Source: Pseudogymnoascus verrucosus (Eukaryota). From it: a stretch of DNA of 64,000 nucleotides. This document shows positions 14,440 to 24,188 of this stretch, piece after piece. The translations under genes and the position numbers were made by a program. The notes under the pieces were generated by a model, which worked only from the letters and a program-made list of their open reading frames with translations, was not told the origin of the DNA and searched no databases. Position 1 is the stretch's first letter; every line of letters begins with the position of its first letter. The stretch lies in NCBI GenBank assembly GCA_001662655.1, contig KV460228.1; one strand, given 5' to 3'.

Positions 14440-17400
14440 CTATATGCGTCCATTACTAATGACCTCTCGTTCCAGCACCTCCACACCGCTCTCAGCCGTC
14501 CGGCGCCGCTCCAGGACCCAGCGCTCCCCGGTGACGGGGTCTTCTTCCTTCATGTATGAGATGCTGTCGCTGCTGCCTGTGTGGCGGTGTTTCTTCAGCT
14601 CTGCTCCTTTTTCCTTGGGTTTGTTGTTGTTAGAGCTCTGGGGGAAGGATATGGAGTCGTGATCGAAATGCGTTGAGGTGGGCGATGCGATTCGAGAGGT
14701 TGACTGGATATTAGACCGTGATGAAGTAGTAGAGCTGCGGTTCACAGTTTGTACTGGACCCTGCTGTGTCTGTAGCTGGGCTTTCAGTACTGGGTTGGGA
14801 TTGAACTGCGTCTCCGGACTTGCATTCGGCGAGCTTGCCTCGGAGTCTCGGCTGTAGTTGCTAGTTAAGGAGAATGTGCTTCCCTTCCTGCTGTGCTTCA
14901 ATAATGCGTTGCCTTGTTGAAACTGATCTCGTGTATCCACGGGGCTAAGACTCGATTGCTGCTGCCACGGCGGCATCTGTCCCGAAGGACTTGAACCCGC
15001 TTGACCTTGTTGCCATGGTGTCAACTGCCCCGAAGGACTCGAACCCGCTTGACCTTGTTGCCATGGTGCCAGCTGCCCTGAAGGACTAGACCCCATCTGG
15101 TTCTGCTGCCACTGCCCTAAGTGTCCCGTACGGCTCCCACCGCTATGGTCATCCCCCGGGCTCGCCACTGATGGGCTCCCTCCCCCACTAGCAGGTAACG
15201 ACGACTGACTTCCCCCCCATTGCCCACGCCGCAGCTTGAGCAGCGCGCTCAATGTCATATTCTCGTCCTCCTGATCACTCAAGAGCCCCGCGAGCTGCGC
15301 AAGTCCCGGGCTCGTCACATTTGCAGAGCCGTGGCTCATGGCGCTCGCCAGCTGCGGCAAGCTCATAATAGAGTTGCGATTCGAGTACTCACTGCGCTCG
15401 GTAATAGGCGTGAGATTCGGCTCTCGCACACGTCCGCTTTGGCTCCTGATAATCCCTTCGGCTCCACGCGGTCCAAAGAAGCCGCCATTGGCGTAGAGAG
15501 CTTCGGTGCCTGCGGGAGCAGAGTAAAAGCCAAATTCTTGACTGTAGAAGCCGTCATCGTCGAAGGCTAGGGCTTCGGCATTGGCCTCGGCAATTATGGG
15601 GTCGTCCTCGAAGGCGTCGTCGTAGTCAAAGTCATCTTCTATGCTGGGTGAGTAGAGGTTGACTTCGTTGGGATCGCCCTCATACTCGTCAGCAATATTG
15701 CCTCCTGGCGTGCTATCGCGGCGAAATCTGCCGCTCGCAGCTGCGGCATATGCTGCGGCGGCTAATGCTGATTGATATGCGCTGAGAGTATCTTGTGTCA
15801 AACTCGCAGCCGGCTGCAACAGCTTTGGGCTGTCAGGTTGAGGCTGAGCGTCGGACGGTGGGACTGTCAATGAATCCGCTGTCAATTGCTCATGTTGTGC
15901 CGCCTGTTTCTGAGAGTCTGCACTGTCTCTCTTACTGAGATTCAGGGAGTCCGTTGTCGTGTGGATGAGAGGCGGCGAGTATAAAGTGGGGAGAGAAGAC
16001 AATGGGGCCAGGGGCCGGCCATATTGATCAGTATCATCATTATCGAAGATAGATTCATCAAATTCCGGGCCCTCTGGGTCATAATCGTTGTGATCAATCA
16101 TGCCGTCATCGAAGTACATATCATCTTCATCCAGAACTTTCCTCGGAGCGATAATCTGAGATTGACGATAAGGAACAAGAGGCTCGGTGACAGGCACAGG
16201 ATCTTCGTCGAGCTCGAGGCCTTCGAGCCCCAGGCCACTAAGTTCCCGGCTCTGCGCTGTATTTGGGGAGATGCCGGCATCCTCATAAAAAATTCCATTT
16301 GCTTCTTGTGGGGTTCCCTGTGCTTCGGTTTCGGGCTCTCTCGACATCCCACGGCTGATTGGATTTCCATCCAAGTCTCTCGGCGTATAATCATTTATAG
16401 GGTCCAGTGATACCATTGGGCCTGTCTGGAGAGTAAACCCGCCAATACCCCATCGCTGCCCAAACATATCGTCGTCGTCATCATCATCGTCGTCCATATC
16501 AGCATTGACGCCAGGAATCCGTTCTTCCAATCCATCATCGTCCATCATATTTTCATAATCGTAATCCTCTTCCTCGTCGAACACTCCAATATCTGGTTCC
16601 GGAGTTTCGCTCTGCTTTCTCAATGCTTTTTCCCTATGCCTGTCCTCTAGCAGCTTTTCCTGGCTAGCAGCTCCGATCATATCGAAGCTGAATCTAGACG
16701 AGTTACTCTTCATATGCTTCATGGTCGATGAGCTGTCTCGGTTCGAAATGAGAGAAGGGTTTCGTAGCTGGCGTTGTGAAGATAAAGATGAAGATGAATA
16801 TTTGGAATGTTTGCGGCGGCTGCTAATCGAGGCCTGTCTGACGGTTTGGGTGTCTTCGTCCTCAAGTAGCCCTGTGTCGCTACTGCCAGATGCGCCAACT
16901 GTCTGGAGGGTTTCCTCTGGTTTATTTTGTGCTATTTCGGTTTCTGGGGTAGCAGGTTTGGCGGTGCTCGCATCTGGGGTGCTTGCTTTGGACGACTGTG
17001 CTTCCCTGGCATACGCTGGACGTGGGGGGATCGCCAGGTCACTAAAATCGTTTGCCTTTCGAACATGGGGTCCAGCAGCCGGATACTGCTCTTCCTCGAA
17101 ATCCTCTTTGAAGGCGGGCGTATGAGGGCTACGCTCCCCATCTTCTGGCGTCTTATTCTTTTTGGCATCAACTTGAGGCTGTTCACTCTTCGCCTCAGCG
17201 GGCTTTCCATGGGAGACGGTGGGCCTCGGCCTCGGCGCGCTAAAATCGTGAACCTTCGTCCCGCGGATGCGGGGATCATAATCCGACGGACTAAGCTGCG
17301 TGGGAAAGTTCCCCGTCGGAACCGCCAGTAGTTGTGGCACAGGTTGCGCTGTTCTACGGCGAGCCAGCAGCGACATGGGGTTCAGGAGGTTCAGCCTCGT

Positions 17401-18045
17401 CTTGCTGGAGCTCTTTTGTGATGCATCGAAGGTGGATATAGGGTTCGCAGGCAGTGTCGGTGGTGGCGACGGCATCCGGGCTCCCATTGGTCTTCGGGCA
17501 ACATGGGCGTGGGTCGATTGAAGGTCTGCGGATGTGACAAATGGCAATCGCCCGCCACCTTGGCCCTGCCCGGACGGCTGCTGCATGCCAGTGCCTGACT
17601 GCCCATAGCTGTTCTGAGGGGGGTATTGGGGCCGTTCTGATGAATATAGACCTGCATTCGACAGGCGTGATATGGGCACCTGCTCGAAGCTCTTCGGCTC
17701 TGTCGGTTTTGCTCCACCATTCTGCCTAATGGGCATGTGCTCGAAGCTCTTCGGTTCAGTTGGTTTGCCTGCGCCATTCAGTCTAATGGGCTCCAACTCC
17801 TCCTTCTCGGGCGAAGAAACGCGGGCAATTGGAGGCAGCAACGGGGGGTTGTCCGACGGTGTGCGAGGCCGGTCTGGTGTGTTGTTGTCCTCCGGTTTTC
17901 GAGATGTGTAGGGATGCGAGTGTTGTTCCGGGGTCAGCTGTGAAGTGCGCTCAAAGGAGTGCGGTCGGTCCGAGATGGGGGAGACTGGGTTCGAGGAGGG
18001 ATTGCGCCTGTGCGGCTTCAGGTATGAGAACATGCTGGTCGACAT
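14440..18045 (-). CDS. Large low-complexity hypothetical protein (~1200 aa, acidic/Ser/Pro-rich)
   Basis: 1207-codon open frame; first ATG at 18045 (MSTSMFSYLK). Conserved-looking blocks: LLNPMSLLARRR, YDPRIRGTKVHDFSAPRP, SRFSFDMIGAASQEKLLEDRHR and C-terminal WVLERRRTAESGVEVLEREVISNGRI. A probable upstream intron has its GTAAG donor at 18145. Function not assignable. Confidence 0.85.
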   Translation of the reverse strand: MSTSMFSYLKPHRRNPSSNPVSPISDRPHSFERTSQLTPEQHSHPYTSRKPEDNNTPDRPRTPSDNPPLLPPIARVSSPEKEELEPIRLNGAGKPTEPKSFEHMPIRQNGGAKPTEPKSFEQVPISRLSNAGLYSSERPQYPPQNSYGQSGTGMQQPSGQGQGGGRLPFVTSADLQSTHAHVARRPMGARMPSPPPTLPANPISTFDASQKSSSKTRLNLLNPMSLLARRRTAQPVPQLLAVPTGNFPTQLSPSDYDPRIRGTKVHDFSAPRPRPTVSHGKPAEAKSEQPQVDAKKNKTPEDGERSPHTPAFKEDFEEEQYPAAGPHVRKANDFSDLAIPPRPAYAREAQSSKASTPDASTAKPATPETEIAQNKPEETLQTVGASGSSDTGLLEDEDTQTVRQASISSRRKHSKYSSSSLSSQRQLRNPSLISNRDSSSTMKHMKSNSSRFSFDMIGAASQEKLLEDRHREKALRKQSETPEPDIGVFDEEEDYDYENMMDDDGLEERIPGVNADMDDDDDDDDDMFGQRWGIGGFTLQTGPMVSLDPINDYTPRDLDGNPISRGMSREPETEAQGTPQEANGIFYEDAGISPNTAQSRELSGLGLEGLELDEDPVPVTEPLVPYRQSQIIAPRKVLDEDDMYFDDGMIDHNDYDPEGPEFDESIFDNDDTDQYGRPLAPLSSLPTLYSPPLIHTTTDSLNLSKRDSADSQKQAAQHEQLTADSLTVPPSDAQPQPDSPKLLQPAASLTQDTLSAYQSALAAAAYAAAASGRFRRDSTPGGNIADEYEGDPNEVNLYSPSIEDDFDYDDAFEDDPIIAEANAEALAFDDDGFYSQEFGFYSAPAGTEALYANGGFFGPRGAEGIIRSQSGRVREPNLTPITERSEYSNRNSIMSLPQLASAMSHGSANVTSPGLAQLAGLLSDQEDENMTLSALLKLRRGQWGGSQSSLPASGGGSPSVASPGDDHSGGSRTGHLGQWQQNQMGSSPSGQLAPWQQGQAGSSPSGQLTPWQQGQAGSSPSGQMPPWQQQSSLSPVDTRDQFQQGNALLKHSRKGSTFSLTSNYSRDSEASSPNASPETQFNPNPVLKAQLQTQQGPVQTVNRSSTTSSRSNIQSTSRIASPTSTHFDHDSISFPQSSNNNKPKEKGAELKKHRHTGSSDSISYMKEEDPVTGERWVLERRRTAESGVEVLEREVISNGRI

Positions 18046-19343
18046 GCGACAATCGCGTTGCAAACGTCTACAATTATGCTAAAGGCTAAAGGGGTGTTTG
18101 GGTCAGCTTTGGTCCACCCGTAGGGCTGGTTTGATGCATGCTTACATCGGGCATATTGGGTTCCCCAGCTTCGTATATCTCGCTCTATTGATCGTGTATC
18201 GCAGTACCGAGCTCAAACGGGGCAATTGCTGGCTGGATAGGAATGTTCGAGGCTTTGTCGCCAGATGACAACCTTCAGAATGGCTTGTTCTGAGGCAGAT
18301 AGGGCATTTCGTTCGATGGGCGCAGTAATTATATTACGGGGCGATTTCAGGTCGTATACATCGAAGGATCGGAATCGTTCCGTAAGCAGTCGCGCGCTGT
18401 CGATTGCTCACTTTCTGGCCTTTGCGGGGTATATGGATTAATTCAGAATATACAAATCGAAGCGCTGTTGGTGATTATACAGCTTCACTCGTCATAAAGT
18501 AACTGTGAAGTCGGCAGTGCCAGATATTTGGTACCATTTCGAGGTTGCCATCAGCCGCATCAAGCCCCACTGTCCCGCTGCCACGGCGCAACGGTACCAC
18601 CGAACTTCGTCAGCAGCTAGCGTCGCAATCGGCATCCGCATGCAAACATGAAACGCCTCATTTCCAGCACTCATTACAATATACGAGTGTTATTTTTCTT
18701 TCTTATCTTTTATCAATTTTTCAATGGTGGCCCAGCTGAGGGCCGAAGGATTCTTACACATGGTACTAAAACATGTCTTAAAAATATCTTGGATAAACTC
18801 GTAAAACCACCATTTGGATCAGACAGCCATATTCCGAGTGACTTATTAGTCCTACTTAAGAGTCTGCAGAGCTACAATACATACTATCACTGTCTATGGT
18901 TACTATAAATAAAATAAAATCTCATTGATCACTTGGGGCTACATGAGAATATGTATATATATATATATTTTTAAAAAAAAATATCAGCTACTATGTATGT
19001 AAATATATCATGCAAATAAAAATCATAGATCGCCCCTATAAATTTCCATATACCTACTATTAACCCATTTTCTACCATTATAATAATTTCTATACTACTA
19101 CTACCAGTACTATTGCTTCCATAACAGTAAAATTAACAACAACAATAATAATGCTAATTTGGTAGCTCCGATATAAATAACCATATACCTAGTGTTGCTA
19201 ATTATAGGATTTCGGCCACACACGGGCATTCGGTGCTTAAATGCCCCTCTGTCTCCACGGAGGAGCGCTATGGTTTAGTAGGTGGTTTTGAATTTCCAAT
19301 TTAAACTCTCTATAATCTTTTATTCTCGACCCTAACCACTACC

Positions 19344-20410
19344 ATGGCGGAAACCTCTTCCTCTATGCCGCCGCTGCGAATTGGCACCCGGAAATCAAAT
19401 CTCGCTGTTGTCCAGGCCGAGGGCATCCGGGATCGTCTCCAGAAGCTCGCGCCGGGCCGTACCTTCGAAATTACAGCCCTCCGCACCATCGGCGACAAAG
19501 ACCAGAATACGGCACTTTACAACTTTGGCGCCAAGAGCCTGTGGACCAGCGAGTTGGAAGAATTGCTAGTTTCGGGCAAGCTAGATATCGTCGTGCATTG
19601 TCTCAAAGGCAGACTCCCTCCCTCCCCTTTTCATTCCCTAGCAAACAATACACATAACCATCTAACTACTAACTAGATATGCCCACCGAGCTTCCCTCCT
19701 CCTGCGATATAGCCGCCATTCCCCTCCGCGACGATCCCCGCGACGCGCTGATAGTGAAAGCCGGCCTCCCATACACCACCCTCGCGACGCTCCCCAGCGG
19801 CGCCATCGTCGGCACCTCGTCTGTGCGCCGCTCCGCTCAGCTCCGCCGCCTGCACCCGCACCTGCGCTTCGCCAACCTACGTGGGAACGTAGAAACGCGC
19901 CTGGCTAAGGTCGATGATCCGAAGGGCGAGTATGACTGTATGATAATGTCCGCGTGCGGCCTCGAGCGCGTCGGGCTTGCACATCGCATCACCCAGTACC
20001 TAGGTTCTAAGGACGGCGGGATTTTCTATGCCGTCGGCCAGGGGGCACTGGGGCTGGAGATCCGGAAGGGGGATGAGGAAACTAGGGAATTTTTAGGCCG
20101 ACTCGGTGATGAAAAGTCGGGCCTCGCGTGCCGAGCGGAGCGGGCGCTTATGCGGAAGCTTGAAGGCGGGTGCAGCGTTCCGATTGGCGTTGAGACGGAG
20201 TGGCTCGGTGGAGCGGAGTTTCTGCTGAGGATGAGGGCAATAGTTGTTAGCATTGATAGTTCTCAAAGCGTCCAAGATACTATTGATGCGAGAGTACAGA
20301 CTGACGATGAGGCGACAGCGCTCGGACAGGAATTAGCTGCGCGGCTAGTAAAAGCAGGCGCTGGGGCGATATTAAAGGATATCAACACTAATAGGCCAGC
20401 TAAGGACTGA
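19344..20410 (+). CDS. HEM3: Porphobilinogen deaminase (hydroxymethylbilane synthase), 2 exons (19344-19608, 19677-20410), 332 aa
   Basis: Motifs RIGTRKSNLA, VHCLK|DMPT, GTSSVRRSAQL, RGNVETRL, AVGQGALG and ERALMRKLEGGCSVPIG (cofactor-binding Cys). Joining the two ORFs in frame requires a 68-nt GC-AG intron. Confidence 0.97.
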
Positions 20411-21030
20411 GAGTATGATGATGGTATATAGCAATGCATAGAGCGCCTTTGGGCAATAGGTGCTGCCTCTGCAAGCCCCATCTTAGTCAATCTAGCCCTC
20501 TCCCACGCGCTATCATATTCCTTATTTAATACCAAGCCGTCAATATTAAGGCTGAGAGTGCAGCAACCAACAACAACAAACCATGACCCACCTAGGATAT
20601 GTTATAACCAGTGTCATTTCTTGCAACCTGTCGTGTATGTAGTGGAATGCAATTTGATCCGGCACTACTGGTCTGGAGAAGAGAGTGAGAGAAGCGATTC
20701 GAATTCTTGAAGGACGGATAGACTCTGGAGCAGCTCTCCGGGTCTGGGCTGGGGTGCGGGCAATGAGGGACTTCCGGTAAATCAGTCACGTAAACCATCG
20801 TCAAAAGCTGCCCAAATCTGCAGCTAATTCGCCGTTCCCTAGTTTAAAAGTAGTTATTTCAATGCAATAGTCAGATAATTTTTAGTTTATAATTTATATT
20901 AATTTTTTTGAATTAGATATTGAATATTAAGGCTTTGCCGCAGCTGATCTCGACCCGCCCGAGTAGTAGGTTCATCTAGATCCTCTACTTCAAATTCGAC
21001 ATAACCGCACAGTCAAACCCGAAAGTCGTT

Positions 21031-23604
21031 TTAATCCCTCCATTGGAACCGGCTCTTCTTGAACATAGTAACCATCCCCATAGGCAACAAACCAGGCTGA
21101 ACAATATCTAGGCCGCCAAACCTTCGAACCATTTCCGTAGCATAAAGCTGCAGGATCCATCGATAATAAGGGCCTGAAAGATCGTGGCGAAGCCGGCGTG
21201 CTTTAAAGACCGGGAGATTAAGATACTCTGGCACTGGCTCCCCCATTAACAAGTCAAAAGCCTCGCCAAGCTCTGCAGATTTAAACTCGCGGTAACGAGT
21301 GTATTCTTCAAAGGTGAGGAAATCAACAGGGTCTTTCACTTTGTGACCAGACTTCAATGCCTGAGATTCGAAAGTTTCTTTTGCTTTCTGGTAAGCCTCT
21401 GCCTCGTTTCGGAAGAACCGATCCATATAGACCTGTGGCGAAGCTGGTAGGGATTCGCGAACCAGATTTGGCCCAATGAAAGGATTTTGCACTTCCAAGC
21501 CACCAATAGCACTTGGAAAGTAAATATAGCCTTCAGGAATATCCTGAATACCGAAGCGATCAGAAAGCATCTTCTTGATGACAGAGGTAACACTGTCACC
21601 TTCGTTGGTGAAGAGCTGTTTCTGGATCTTCTCGAAGGTTTCCAATATCTCATCGACATGTGCGCGGCCAAAGCAATTTGCAGGGCGCCCAAAGTTGGTA
21701 GTGAAGAATCGAGTTGCGTAGATATTCCAAGCCTGAATCCAGTCGAAGACACACTTGCAGGAACTCAGCTGAAGTCTGAGTTCCTTGATATGTTTATCAA
21801 CCTGGTTTTGGTTGATAACAAATCGCCCGGATTTGGCGTCAAGTTTGAGGAATCCCCACACAACATCTCCAGCAGGGAGCACGGAGCTCGTTGATGTCGA
21901 CTGGCTACCATCGGCAGCGATTTGAACACTGCCAGTCTTATCTTCAGCGAAATCCAGACCCATGAGCTCTGCGAACTCAGTCATAACATTCCAACCCGTC
22001 TCGCAAGTGCTCTTATCACCCCAGAACCAGATATCGTCATGTAAGCGCCAGAGAAAAGCGCCATTTGTGCGCTGATTAAAAGCGAAATCCAAGCAGAATA
22101 GAACGCTCTCGGCAAGCATATCACTCAAGGGGCCGGATATTGGTGTCCCTCTCTTACGAACCTGAACTGGAGCATCAGGCCCGTCATTGACAAACTGCAT
22201 TGGGGCCTCCAGGGCCTTTTTGAAGAATCCAATCCATCGATCACTAACGCCATAATACTTAAGTACAGTGAACATGGTCGAGTGTGGAAGAGATGGCCCA
22301 AACCACTTAAAATCCGAGCGGACAACAGTAACATCTTCGCTGAGCCGAGTTTTCATGATAATATCCGTTTCAAGCAGCCTCAATACCTTTTGGATAATTC
22401 TCTGAGGGCTTTTTGTTTTAACATCTGAGCCATCGTCGCTGTCATCGTCGCAGCCATCATCGTCATAAGCGCGAGGAGTTTCGTCAGCACTTGTCTGAAG
22501 TTGCTCAAGAAAGACGTCGTTCATCCAGATCCTTGCGTGTTTATGTTGAACGCATTGATCGGTGCCAGCTGTGCGTAGCGCATGATCGCAACCACTCCAC
22601 TGGGCTACCTCGTCCTTGGTCATGGCGGGCTTTGGATGTATCCATGTTTTTGGGGATTCGGCAAACTTTTTCAATGACGCCTTAAACTGAGCTGACCATT
22701 CACAACCGATGTATCTCAGGAATATGGTTTGCAAAAGATCCTCGTCGTGATAAAACCGGTATCGTCCATTGAGTTGTCGTCGTTGCTCGACGGGAGTACC
22801 TTCCACACCCCAACTCCATGTGTCCAAGTTGCGCATCCTCATATTCAACACATCGGCCAGCTCTTTGAGAACAGTTTTGTTGCTGGCGAAATCCGTGAGC
22901 GCGGTGCGTTTGGCGTCGGTGATACCGTCGCTGCCTAAGATGCCGGCGATGATCCACTTCAAAGAGTCCTCGTCAAATTGTGATTCTGACAACAGAGTTT
23001 CCTCAAAATGCTGAGTCGTTTTCCGCAGGACCTCGAGACGCTCTTCCATATACTTCGATGACGTGAAGAGCTGGTTCAGGTAAGAATTTATTGCGACAGT
23101 ATCAGTTTTGAGTGGCTTGAAGACGTAGGATTCCCATGTAGAACGTTGCTCGTGCATCTCGGCGCGGCCCACTGCTTGGTATGAAGCACCTTCCGCGTCG
23201 TTCTTGTTGATTAGAGGGTTCTCAAGCCATTCTGTGACGAGATTCCCATACATTGCGGCGTACTCAAAACGAAGAGAGTTGACATCAAGGCGCCTCCGGA
23301 TATCCACCTCCCATTCCTTTTGCAGTCCTACGGAGACTGACGGATCATGTTAGGCTTGCTTGATGAAGCATCGAATATTCTCGGCAGAAAAGGCTGCATC
23401 CCCCCCCAGATCTTCTAGAGTGCACAGCTTCCTCCCTCCCTCAAGGAGTAATAGTACTCTCTTAGATTGTCGCTCCTCAGCATCCACCAACTTCAGAAGC
23501 TCGGATTTGCCAAGTTCAAAGTTGGCCCGCAACTTTGACAGCTCTTCCAACTTTGTAGAAGTAATAGAGTCAAGCACCTGAGATATGACGTCTGTGGATG
23601 CCAT
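21031..23604 (-). pseudogene. rvt: rvt-class cellular (non-retrotransposon) reverse transcriptase, ~857 codons, one in-frame TAA at 23350-23352 (possible pseudogene or sequencing error)
   Basis: ORFs 23350-23604 and 21031-23307 are in the same frame and read through as ...FIKQA*HDPSVSVGLQKEWEVDIRRRL. RT motifs: QRRQLNGRYRFYHDEDLLQTIF, VVRSDFKWFGPSLPH, RGTPISGPLSDML, WRLHDDIWFW (YxDD equivalent), KTGSV and WGFLKLD. No introns, gag, integrase, endonuclease, LTRs or poly(A). Confidence 0.88.
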
Positions 23605-23690
23605 GGCTGCAGCGGAAAGAATTGATTTGAGAAGTGGTTGCTGAGTGTACGGAATAAGAAAGAGAGGAGCGAAATAGGAACTTACGCTTG

Positions 23691-23736
23691 TATTTATAAC
23701 TGAACATGCAAGACACGGTCTTTGCTATATGACTCA
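23691..23736 (-). promoter_or_regulatory. TATA box (TATAAATA, 23698-23691) and Cpc1/Gcn4-like TGACTCA site (23730-23736) upstream of rvt
   Basis: ATGACTCAC on the + strand at 23729-23737 is a one-mismatch match to ATGA(C/G)TCAT. It lies about 30 bp upstream of a TATAAATA that is ~90 bp before the ATG. Confidence 0.5.
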
Positions 23737-24188
23737 CTGTAACCACCTAATCCAGGAGTTTCTGGTAACTTGAAGATCGAATTAGTTTCGTGTTGTTGGG
23801 ATCTCAAAGAACATAACCAAAGGCGGACGGCCGCCTTGGCGGGATATTGACGCTAACGGCTTATGGACACCGTTGGCTCGGCGAACGCTATTTGGCATTG
23901 CTAAATGTGATAATCTCTGCCCAAAGCAAACTTCAGAAATACATCAATACAATTAAACCCAGAATTTCAGCCCATGTTTCTAGATCCAGGTAAATTTGTC
24001 GCCTTTTTCGCATTGATTAATGTGCAACGATTCGTACTTGGCAGCCGTGGTAGGATTCCCACAGAAAGTTGCCGTTCGGCCTAGAATAGCTGCAACACTT
24101 CCCGAAGGACGAGACAACGGATCCTAGGCAACGCATGTATGGGACCCTGTCAGTTTCCTTAGCATAGCAGAAGCTTATTACTTTGCCT

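Noticed and set aside
20420..21030. Structured ncRNA partner for the RT (retron/DRT-like)
   Set aside because: No convincing long inverted repeats or repeat array are visible by eye on this side of rvt; only a 7-bp palindrome lies upstream. Covariance analysis across orthologous loci would be needed.
21031..23604. Retrotransposon or group II intron interpretation of the RT
   Set aside because: No gag, protease, RNase H, integrase or endonuclease regions, LTRs, poly(A) or TSD are visible, and the motif pattern fits the rvt class.
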